A stretch of 64,000 bases of DNA from the NCBI GenBank assembly GCA_038087875.1, contig JAXLNO010000113.1, positions 62,001-126,000 of the forward strand, in the 5' to 3' direction. Source of the stretch: Malacoraja senta (Eukaryota). Both the position numbers and the translations under genes were made by a program. How positions within the stretch are numbered: position 1 is the stretch's first letter; each line of letters begins with the position of its first letter. Below, in pieces: positions 11,429-22,229 of this stretch. The notes below the pieces were generated by a model, which was not told where the DNA came from, made no database searches, and saw only the letters and a program-made list of their open reading frames with translations.

Positions 11429-12787
11429 TAGTCAACACTAAAAGCAGTTAATTCTTATTTCTTTTGGGGTTCATGAAGTTATACTAACATAAGTAGCTAT
11501 TAAAATTCAGATCAATTTATCTGTATAATTCTCATGAAGAACTGGCACGTATACTACTTTCGAATGACATACAGTTTGACAGCCACTGTTTAAAATATAA
11601 ACTGTTACAAGACACATTCTATAAATATTTAATTAAAGGTAACACTACATTTACTGAATTAGTTCATTACTGTACAGCTTTGCATTAACAAAGACAAAAA
11701 ATATTATTGATGTTATCTCCTAACGACCAGAATTATGTGGGGGTTGACAGATGTTAATAAAATGCAGATTAAGATACAAAATACTCACAGATTGTGTTTG
11801 CCTCCCAATTGAGAATATAAATATTCACATTTCTAAACAGTGAAAGTGTGTTGAACATAAGACCAGCATGCAAGAAGGAATTTATAGAAAACCAGCATGA
11901 TGTAATGAAAGATTTGTTTTTCTGGAATAGAGCTGCCACTGTAATTTGAATAATTTCTAATTAAGCATCACTGGCCTTTTAGCATGCGTGAGAAAGGCAA
12001 GGAAAAAACAGTTGAGCAAAACTGGGAAGTCTTGGCAAAAAATAGTCAATTACTGATAGTGCCTGGTTGCTTGGCTTATTTTAAAGTTAACAAAGCCAAG
12101 TCCTTGAAAGCACAACCTTCATTCTCCCTCATTAAATTCATTTTGAAATTTATGTCTCAAACATTTTTGCTTCTTCTTAAAGCTCAAAATTCATTTTACA
12201 GGTTATTGTTAAATATAACTTCCACTATATCCATTGGCACCATTACAGGATAATGTTAATATCCATTGATCAATCCATTCTGCAGATCACATAAGGGGTC
12301 CATGTATACAGTACAAAAAACAATTCCAGCACTTAATGTTTGCTCTGCCAGCGGGAATAACACAATATATTAATGCTGATTTTTAATTTAAAGAAAATAA
12401 GATAGCTATGACTAAAGGGCCCATGAACATTTAAAGTTAAGCAAAGACATCTCATAAAATCCAAAATTTAATGAATGATGCAATGAAAATTATCCTGCTA
12501 CTTTTATTAACATTGATGCTTCTACTTATACTTGGATCTTGTCTGATGCAGCATAAATAGTAAGATTAAACGAGAACTTACCTAAGTTTGAAGTTTGATC
12601 TTTATTTTATGAGGAGTTACGTAGGTGATTACGTGAAGAACCCCGCCAGTGCGCCTGCGCGTCAATCTTCAAAGCAGCGGTGTGAAATCACAAAAAACAA
12701 CAACCGAAGTAATATAGTCTCATAATAAAACGAGTAATACAAGAACTTCCATCTGACCTTTATGATAGAGGGTAGGGTCGTGGTGGG

Positions 12788-12901
12788 CACGTAATCACCT
12801 ACGTAACTCCTCATAAAATAAAGATCAAACTTCAAACTTAGGTAAGTTCTCGTTTAATCTTACTATTTTACTTCGGAGTCACGTGAGTGACTACGTGAAG
12901 A
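12788..12901. repeat. DIRS internal complementary region (ICR)
   Basis: 12788-12868 is the exact reverse complement of 12555-12635 (81 bp). 12866-12901 is the exact reverse complement of 17394-17429 (36 bp). Together they spell the circle junction cttactATTTtacttc. Confidence 0.95.
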
Positions 12902-13069
12902 TTTTAAAGCTTTGTGATTTCATGCCGTGGATCAATCCCGGCTTCTCACTGCATAGATTGACTCGGAACAAGAATAATCAATCATGCATTCATAATAACA
13001 TTTGTACCACAAATGCAGTAATTCATTTCAATAATGAAATGAATCAGATCCCCTTTAAACCAGAGGAAT

Positions 13070-14030
13070 TTACACAGAACTTAAAATAGTTTCTGCAAAC
13101 AACCCCGCATTAACAATAGGCCGATGGTAAAAATGTTGAAACATCAACTCATTGGACCATCCGGCGGCTGCGAGGATATGGTCGACGGGGCCGTCTTTTG
13201 CCCTGGCCGCCGACGTTTCTGCTGCCCTAGTCGAGTGAGACGTAAAAACATAAGTGTTAATACCAGCAGCTGTTAAGACTTCTTTTATCCATCTGGAAAT
13301 AGTCTGTATTGAAACTCTCTTGTGTGGTTTCTTGTGTGTGATCAACAACCCAGTTTCCGTATTGTCAAATTCTTTGTGACCTCAATGTATTGTAATAAAT
13401 ATGTCTTAATACAGAGACATGGATCATTTGGATATGCTGCTAGCATAATTTTAAATCCTGTCACACCTGGCCTAATTTACTTTAGTAGGTCATAAATATA
13501 GAATGTAACCTTGTCTTCAGTTACTTCCATACTGTCTATTTGTAATTTTCCAAGTGTTTGCACTCGTTGTGCTGTCACTCATGCCATAAGCATGAATACT
13601 TTCATACCGAGCTTGACCAAAGGTAAAGACACACTTGATGACCATTCACGAAGTTTCAGTACCACACTTACATCCCAGATTGTCACGTACCTAGGTTTCG
13701 GTGGTTTGGAATTAAAGATTCCTTTCATTAGTCTGGAAACAATTGGGTGTGACCCAATTGAGTTTCTTTCTGAATCCAGAACCAAATATGAGGACAATGC
13801 ACTTCTGGCTGAATTAATTGCACTACAACTCAGACCTTCATCATAATAAAGTTTTGACAGAAATTCTAAACATTTGAAATATCTGCAGTACTTTATTGCA
13901 CATTCTTTTGTACACAGAACTCTTCCCATTTCTTAATATAAGAAAGGTACTGTTTTTGAGTGCTCTTCCTCCAGGCTGCCGTAAGCATGTCCACAGTATG
14001 CTCAGACAGTCCTCGTCCCAGAAAAGGCAT
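13070..14030 (-). pseudogene. DIRS tyrosine recombinase, frameshifted
   Basis: Pieces MPFLGRGLSEHTVDMLTAAWRKSTQKQY, INSARSALS...HPIVSRLMKGIFNSKPPKPRY..WD and TISRWIK...FTSHSTRAAETS...AAGWSNELMFQHFY lie in different frames. Confidence 0.85.
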
Positions 14031-14049
14031 TCTTAAAACCTGCAAATCA

Positions 14050-15830
14050 ACAAATCCTAACGATCATATAATGGATGTTGTTACCCTGTTACAGGGTGCA
14101 GCAATAAATTACTCCTTTTTGGGACTTTCATCAACATTTGTGTTGTTAATTCTAATATCAACAGATACCATGGCTGTATAGGCCAATCTGGTACTACCAA
14201 TACCCTTGAAGCAGCATCTTGCCTGATTTTAAGCAAACATTGGCTTATGAGGCAGAAAGGTGGAAATATATATGAAAACATACCACCCCAATGTAGCGAG
14301 AAAGCATCAATCGCCACTGCTCCTGGATCTGGTTTCCATGAGACATATCTCGATAACTGATGATTCAAGTCGATGTCGGTCATTCCAAATCTGATTACTA
14401 TATCATTGAATACCTCTTGATTCAACATCCATTCTTTATTATCATGGAACTTTTCGTGACCAGGTGTCTGCTATCGTGTTCATTCTACCTGGTAGATAGA
14501 TAGCTGAAAACCAAATGTTCTTTTCAATACACCAAAATCGAAGTTGATTTAACCATTTTGTCACATGACACCGACTTAATTCCACCCATATCATTAATAT
14601 AGGCAACTACTGTTGTGTTTATTAATTTGAACTTGAACCTTCCTTTTAGTTGTGTTAGAAACATAAGCTTGGAGTCCATAGAAACCTCCTAAAAACTCCA
14701 AATAGGTAATTCCCCATGTCTGCAGTAACACTAACTTTTCCTGATTCCATCTGCCTCCGCAGCTCCATGTTAAGTCAGTTGCACCCCATCCTAGTGCACT
14801 GGCATCAGTTTGTAATATCATGGAAGGTTGTTCAATCAGCACTTTGCCTGAACTGCTTGAGACATGTAGAATCCACCACTGCAGCTTAGAAACAGCATTT
14901 GTTGTTACTTGCATGGTTCTATCAAAATGACCAGCATTTACTCTCAGTGCCTGTTCTTTAATTCTCTGCAGCTGTTGATAATGTAATGGTCCATACTGGA
15001 CTGCTGGGAATCTACTAATTTTCCCAGTACTCGAGCCACCTGTCTGATTAGAGGTTTTTTGCTCGTTTAACAGATTACTGCAATCTTTAATCAACTCCAC
15101 CCTTTTTTCACTGGGCAAAGTAATTTGCATTTGGGATAAATCAATTGTGAACCCCAAATAATTAATCGAGGTACATGTTTTTAACCTTGATTTCTTTGGA
15201 TGAATTTAGAAACCCCTAAACTTTCAAAAGTTTGATTTTATTACTGCAACCGATGCTTCTGTTGACTGTTTTTGTCCTTTCTATAATCAGGACATCATCC
15301 AGGTATGCCATTAGTACATGCCCCTGGCTCTCAGCAACCCCAGAATTGATTTTTATAAATATTCTGGAAGGGAACGTTAACCCTTTAGGCAGAGCTTTGA
15401 ACTGCCCTAATTGGTTCATCCATGTAAATTTAAAATACTTCATATCTTGCAAGTGAACAAACACTGAACAAAAGGATTCAGACTTGTCATAATCCTACAT
15501 CCTCCATCCTTTTTTGATCGAGGGAATATTTTTGACCCAAATTGGTGAATTTGGTAGACTGATTCTTTAATAACACCTTTTATATATAGGGTTTTGAAAC
15601 GCAACCTCCATTACTTCGCAAAGTGGAGAGTTCTGCTAGGAACATGCTGGACAGGCAAATCATAATTTGGATTGAATTCAATTTGAAATCCTTGTATATT
15701 ATTCAGAATTACCACATCTGAAGTAATCTTCTTCCAATGTTTATAGAAGAGATGTAATCTGCCTCCAACTTTTGGACTTAATCCAGTTAGTATGTTCCCC
15801 TGAGAACCAGGTCCACCTACCTCTTGAGTC
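14050..15830 (-). pseudogene. DIRS pol (RT, RNase H, DNA adenine-methyltransferase-like domain), frameshifted
   Basis: VGGRLHLFYKHW start of the RT region; FKALPKGL and AYLDD; LQTDASALGWGA; DAFSLHW...YIFPPF...VVPDWPIQPWY. Multiple stops and frameshifts. Confidence 0.85.
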
Positions 15831-16627
15831 ATTTGAGTATTTTGAGATCCCTGGATTCTCCCGGAAGCACAACCACTTGTCCTTACTCCCGCTGCAGGCC
15901 GCCAGCTACGTCCCTGCGTTGATGAGCGACTTGGTCCTGATCTAGGATCCGTATGACGTCTGAAAGGATACTTCCTCTTTACAGACTTTGCAACCATTGA
16001 TGTATTTATTAATCCTGTTTTCGCTTCATCTTCCAACTCTTTAATACGTCTCCCGAGATCCTCTCCAAAGAGTAAGTTGGGTAATTGTATATTACTTGGT
16101 TTGCAGAGTGCTGCGAATTTCGGATTCATAGTAGACCGTATAGCACTTTCCTCAGATAATTGATCTCAAAGTGGGTGCTGCATAGCCACCCCAGTGCTTG
16201 CTGATGCAACTTCGTCATCTTTTGGTTGTTACCTGCTATTCTGGTAAAAGCAGTTATTCCAGAACCCAGCAGCTTTAATATTCTCTGCAACTGATTCCAG
16301 ATAATTTGATTCACTGCTGCTGCTTTCAGCAACCCACAGTTACTTCTTGCAGTCTCATCCATTTCCTGCTGTTCCAGCTAATGGTAAACCAAGTAATTTA
16401 TTAAGGAGGCCAGTTCTTCTCCTAATGGCTCTCCTGACCCTGACGGGGCAGCGAATCCTACTGCCAGGGGTGGAACATCTGGCAGCTGCCGTTCATCGCC
16501 TTGTACAGCCTCACCGTCAGAGTCGGGGTCTGAAATCTCATGACCCGTAGCACGCTCCTCATTCCTGAGGGTGCATTCCATCAGCCCTGAGCCAGGTGCT
16601 GTTAAGCTGCTCCTGCAGCTTGGATTA

Positions 16628-16990
16628 CAGTACACTCCTTCCTGAGTGAACTTTGCTCCAACAGCCTATGAAAAAGGCTTTCTATTTGGGCAATACGCTC
16701 GAAAGCAGTATCTAGCCCTGTACCAGGAGCTGTTTGAGCTGTTTCCAGCAGCTTACTTTCAGTACACTCCTCCCTGAGTGAACTTTGCTCCAACAGCCTG
16801 TGTAAAAGGCTTTCTATTTGGGCAATACCCTCGAAAGCAGTATCTAGCCCTGTACCAGGAGCTGTTTGAGCTGTTTCCAGCAGCTTGCTTTCAGTACACT
16901 CCTCCCTGAGTGAACTTTGCTCCAACAGCATATGTAAAAGGTTTTCTATTTGGGCAATACGCTCGAAAGCAGTATCTAGCCCTGGAGCTA
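16628..16990 (-). repeat. 132-bp coding tandem repeat (44 aa, about 2.7 copies) in the DIRS gag-like ORF
   Basis: The anchor tctagccc recurs at 16711, 16843 and 16975. The peptide unit is APGTGLDTAFERIAQIESLLHRLLEQSSLREECTESKLLETAQT. Confidence 0.95.
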
Positions 16991-17814
16991 CTTCCATTGC
17001 CTGGGACTCCCTCCGTGGGCCGTTGTGATTTTAAACTTTGTCTTTTGCCCGACAGGCGCTGACAGTGTTTTCACCAGCCCCAGGTCCACAGTCGCTATGC
17101 TCACCGCTGGCGACTGTACCGGGGTTTAGAGGCGGTTCGTCTCTAACCGCGGACTCCCGACTTTCCCGACTTTCTGTCGGCTGTGTCGCTCGCCTCTTCC
17201 CCCTGTCCGTTTTTTCCATGGCGTCTGTGGAAAAAATCGCCATAGACCCACAGTAAACGGACCTGGAAAACCTGAAAAAAGTTTTTACTTACCTTGTAGT
17301 TGAAAAACTACAAACCACTCGAGGAGCTCTGCTCCTCACGTCCGTTTGCGTCAAGGCGTCTGACGTAATGACGCGCAGGCGCACTGGCGGGGTTCTTCAC
17401 GTAGTCACTCACGTGACTCCGAAGTAAAATCATTATGCGTGCTGGCCATCTCCAGCTAATATTTTATCTGCAATTTTCAATCTTTTATAAATGGAATGGA
17501 GCAACTTGATAGAAATGGGTCAGTAACACCAAAGTGCACAAAAATTAGCAGCCAACTAACTGGACTTCATGACCTTTGCTTTCATCATTGTTTGTGCAGG
17601 AAAGACATGTCTCTGCTGGTAGTAACAGCTGCTCATGGGTGCATGTTACGTTTGAGATTGGCTTTCAAATAGCATTTGGGTATGGGCTGACAACATTTTA
17701 GATATTCATTGCAGCATGTTGCCCTTCCACAAAATACAAACAGCCCATCAAAATATCCAATGCCAAAGAATTTGCAGTGTTGTGCAACTCAGTAATTTAC
17801 TTCATGAATTGCTG

Positions 17815-17910
17815 TTATTGACTGAGTAGAGGAGTAAACCTCATGTCCCGTGTGTATAGCTTTTCGTCTTTCAATGGTTTTAGTTTATCTACTCTTGAAG
17901 TGATCAGTTT
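17815..17910 (-). CDS. MBD5: Candidate terminal coding exon of MBD5 (KLITSRVDKLKPLKDEKLYTRDMRFTPLLSQ*)
   Basis: Acceptor gtttcaacag|A is phase 0, matching the preceding donor. DKLKPL...YTR resembles the EKLKTL...YSR segment I recall following EEGK in mammalian MBD5. The similarity is short and from memory. Confidence 0.4.
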   Translation of the reverse strand, partial: KLITSRVDKLKPLKDEKLYTRDMRFTPLLSQ

Positions 17911-19538
17911 CTGTTGAAACATGTCACCAAAGTAAAATCACTAAATATTGAGACCATTGCACTGATGCCCCTGCACGTGACTTCACTTGAATAAAAGAGG
18001 AAACCAGGGAGAAAATCAAAAAGGACATCAAATAACTTTGATATAGGACAATGTTATTTCATCCCGCCCCAAATAAACTGGTTTTATAACATACAAAGAG
18101 AAAAATGAGATTGCAAATCTAACCTTTTAAAGTTCAAATGCTTAGGTGTTGTGGGTGTAGAACGAACATGATTAAACTTTAAAATGAGGGATGTTACAAA
18201 ACAACCAATTACACCCTCTGCCATAAAATTAACCTTACAATAATAAACAGCATAGATTAGTAATTGACCTAGAAGTACAAAATCTTAAAAGGACCAAGCG
18301 TAATTCCTCTAAAGTACTAACTTGCTACCATGTAGTTGTCGCACATTGTTGAGTTTACTGTGGGATTGTTCCCATTCAGTGGCAAGCTGCATTCCAAAAG
18401 TATCTCTGACAACAGTCCTCATTAAATGTGTACCCTTTACTCCCTCTGAAACAATTAAAATGTGATTTTTTTCTCTTTATCTTTCCAACAGGACAGAAAC
18501 ATACAGAAAAGGATTCTGCAACTGGAAGATTTAGAAGTAGGAACTATGGTCAATACCAGAAATATTTCTGAACAAAAATGTTGAAAACCACTTGAGAACA
18601 TGCATAGTTCTTTGGATGCATGACACAGTGTGTTTTTGAAGGGCAAACTGCCAAACTAAATAATTTTTAATGAAGAATTATTCACTTAAAAATATCTGAA
18701 TACCTAGAGAGAACAAATTATATTGAAAGTCCCTTATATATTTGCTATCTTATGGAGTTAGCTATCCTCTAAAGCAGTAAAGAAGTTGGTCAAAATATAA
18801 ACAATAAAAGGTCCATAATGGCCATGGCTTAGTCACTGAAACCAAAATTTGCCCAATACAGCATAAAGTTCAGGATTGCAACATTCAACTGTGTGGCTTC
18901 CGTGGCTTTCTTGGAACATTGCCTGTTAGTTTTTTTTCTCCTTCTATTTATATTATTGGCGTGATATTCAATGCTGATAATACCGTTGAATGTCAAAGGA
19001 AGGAGTTGGCTCTTCTGTAGGAGACAATTAATGCTTGTCACTTGTATTGTATGTTGCCTACTTCATGTTCATCAGCTCAAGTTTAATTGTTATCCATGTT
19101 TTGCTGCATGCAAGCAAAGTTGGTTCTATCTGAAGAGTTAAGACTGGAAGCAAATATGGAGCAAATATAAAATTCTTACTTTCATGTATATGACAGAATG
19201 GTGACATTGAAACACTACCTGAATCACTAATTATATCTTGCGGCTAAAATGAATGGCACCCAGCAACCTCAAGCAGCCTCTGCCACGCTACTTATGATTT
19301 CAGCCAGTGAGCCACCCCTCCCCCTAAAGACACGCTCTCCGCCTTGTCCCACCACCTCCTTCTTGATCTCTCAAACTCTCCCCGCTACCTTTAATTTTAC
19401 CAGTGGCTCTGACACCACGTTTGAACAGATGCTGATCGATATCAAGGTCTCTCACTCTTACCCTACTTGGTTATCTCCTTGGTTCAATTTTAGGCCAAAG
19501 TCACAATGAGGTTTGGAGACAAGTAGTTCATATTGGTA

Positions 19539-20294
19539 CACAAAAATGCTGGAGAAACTCAGCGGGTGCAGCAGCATCTATGGAGCGAAGGAAATAGGCA
19601 ACGTTTCGAGCCGAAACCCTTCTTCAGACTGATGGGGGATGGGGAGAAGAAAGGAAAAAGGCGGAGGAGCCCGAGGGCTGAGGGATGGGAGGAGACAGCC
19701 CGAGGGCTGAGGAAGGGGAGGAGATAGCAAGGGCTAACAAAATTGGGAGAATTCAATGTTCATGCCCCCAGGATGCAGACTCCCCAAGCGGAATACGAGG
19801 TGCTGTTCCTCCAATTTCCAGTGTTGCTCGCTCTGGCCATGGAGGAGACCCAGGACAGAGAGGTCGGATACGGAAGGGGAGGGGGAGTTGAAGTGCTGAG
19901 CCACCGGGAGTTCAGGTTGGTTATTGCGGACCGACCGGAGGTGTTCGGCGAAACGATCGCCAAGCCTCTGCTTGGTCTCACCGATGTAGATCAGCTGACA
20001 TCTAGAGCAGCGGATGCAATAGATGAGGTTGGAGGAGATGCAGGTGCGACAGAGGTTCACCTGCATCTCCTCCAACCTCATCTATTGCATCCGCTGCTCT
20101 AGATGTCAGCTGATCTACATAGGTGAGATCAAGCGGAGGCTTGGCGATCGTTTCGCCGAACACCTCCTGAAGAAGGGTTTCGGCCCGAAACGTTGCCTAT
20201 TTCCTGCGCTCCATAGATGCTGCTGCACCCGCTGAGTTTCTCCAGCATTTTTGTGTACCTTCGATTTTCCAGCACCTGCAGTTCCTTCTTAAAC
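19539..20294. mobile_element. Penelope-like insertion with internal inversion (fold-back)
   Basis: GIY-YIG fragment on both strands; 110-bp arms 19937-20046 / 20058-20167. Hammerhead motifs at about 19597-19630 (-) and 20167-20197 (+). Flanking duplication AGTTCATATTGGTA at 19525-19538 and 20295-20308. Confidence 0.88.
20167..20197 (+). ncRNA. Minimal hammerhead ribozyme motif
   Basis: CTGAAGA-A-GGGTTTCGGCCC-GAAACGTT: intact core, stem II and palindromic stem III. Confidence 0.6.
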
Positions 20295-21219
20295 AGTTCA
20301 TATTGGTAATCAGGTTGTTGTTGAGCAACTGCCATTTGATGAAATTGCATATCCCTCTTTTAAACCCACAGGGGGAAAAATAGCTAAATCGAATGCCATG
20401 ATCTTTATTGATAGGTCAACAAAAGCACTCAACTTAGTTATGCAGTTCCAAGTGGTAAAGCAACAATGGAGCAGCTTGGATTGATGGATCGCTGCTGCTG
20501 AACAACTGCAGGTAGATGGGTATCATGGCATACTTAAGATTAGCAATAGGTGATGATATTAGGATGACGCAAAATTGAATCATGCACTTGATACTTTAGG
20601 CCGAAAATGAGTGTGAAAGCTTCACCCTTGTCCGTGCATTCATACACAGGGCCTGATAAGGATCTCAACCCTTAACGTTACCTATTCCTTTTCTCCAGAG
20701 ATGCTGTCTGACCTGCTGTTACTACAGTTTTTTGTGTCTAGCTTTGGTTTAAACCAGAACCTGCAGCTCCTTCCTACATGCTCCACCTTCAAGGATGGAC
20801 ATGTTCATTGGAGACAATTGCTATTAGCTTTTTAATCCAAATCACCTGTTTACAATTGGCAATGACTGGACTGAAAAGTAATAACCATGCTCTTGTTACT
20901 AGTTTATGTCTAAATATATGCTGCTACTGCTCTTCTGCTTGCATTTACGTCCTTTGTTGGATCTTTGTAGGATTGCCCATGGTGTCCTCTCACTCTGCTA
21001 AACTCTAGTGATATAAGACTACTCCATCAACCTTTGTTCATAAGACAACCTTTGTTCATTGAATTCATCTGTACTGCACGTTACCTCAGCAAGGCTTTAT
21101 CTTGCACTGAACATTATACCTTTTATACTGTATCTGTACACTTTGTCAGTTTGATTATAATCGTGTATAGTCTTTTCACTGACTGGATAGCACGATACAC
21201 ATGACAATAATAAACTAAA

Positions 21220-21590
21220 GGTAAAGGCAAAATGCCGGAGTAACTCAGCGGGACAGAAGGAGAGAAGGAATGGGTGATGTTTCAGGTCGAGACCCTTCTT
21301 CATACTGATGTCAAGGGAGGAGGCGGGACAGAGATAGAATGTAGTCGGAGACAGTAAGACTAGTGGGAGAACTGGGAAGGGGGAGGGGATGGAGAGAGAC
21401 GGAAAGCAAGGGCTATTTGAAGTTAGAGAAGTCAATGTTCATACCACTGGGGTGAAGCCACCCACGCAAAATATGAGGTGCTGTTCCTCCAATCTGCTCT
21501 GGGCCTCACTCTGACAATGGAGGAGGCCCAGGACAGAAAGGTCAGATTGGGAATGGGAGGGGGAGTTAATGTGCTGATCAAACGGGAGGA
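21220..21590 (-). mobile_element. Penelope-like 3' end / pLTR fragment
   Basis: Similar to 2020-2270 and 2520-2640; degenerate hammerhead motif at about 21272-21304. Confidence 0.75.
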
Positions 21591-22229
21591 TGAAAGATAT
21601 TTTGCAACAAGTCCATCTGAGGAAAAAAAGATCTTTCTTGATAGTTAATCAAACAACAGAATTGTTAAATTGTCATTTCTCTTTGCAGGTGCTAGCTGAC
21701 CCGTGTTGCTTTTCTGGCATTTTCTGCACTTTTTAATATTTACTTAGTATACTGTAATTTTCTTTTTATGCTTTGTGTAAATTGAATTTTTTCAGTCTTC
21801 TATGTTACTTTGAACTAGACTAAAAGCCAGTTCACACAATACTGGCCACATTTTTTTTGAATTAGTCTTAAGTTTTTGTAATTATATCAATTTTTTATCA
21901 ATCTTTGTAAAAAATCCTAAATGTAATTTTTTTTGGATCAGGACACCAGTTTGGTACATTTAAAAATATATAGTTTAACCTTTAATAAGAAACTGCCTTT
22001 AGTACACCAATGACACAGTAAATGATTTGGTATAGTCTTGGTAAAATACATTTCTAGTAGTCATTTAAAATGGTGTCATTTCCAGATGATTGATACAAAT
22101 ACATCTATAGATGCTCCTGAACACATAATCAGTGATGTAACCTGGGCTCATTGGGTGTTTCGGGTCTTTCAACATCAGACTCTCTCACCCAGGCGACCCA
22201 GCCATGGTTGATCAGACCACGACTTGTGT

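Larger units (their letters stand above)
12555..17430 (-). mobile_element. Full-length DIRS1-like tyrosine-recombinase retrotransposon with decayed ORFs
   Basis: 35-bp inverted terminal repeats (12630-12664 / 17369-17403). The internal complementary region 12788-12901 is complementary to both ends. Domain order is gag-like, RT (YLDD), RNase H (TDASALGWG), methyltransferase-like (YIFPPF) and YR (HSTR...GW...FY). Confidence 0.93.

Noticed and set aside
16628..16990. Regularly spaced repeats as a CRISPR-like array
   Set aside because: Contiguous coding tandem units without unique spacers, in a eukaryotic context.
18466..18583. Strong plus-strand splice acceptor (ttttttctctttatctttccaacag) followed by a short open frame
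   Set aside because: No convincing donor, partner exon or recognisable peptide; may be chance or an antisense non-coding exon.
22155..22190. Canonical hammerhead in the HERO-like 3' UTR
   Set aside because: The core reads CTGATGTT rather than CTGANGA and stems I and II cannot be formed; kept only as a structured-RNA finding.
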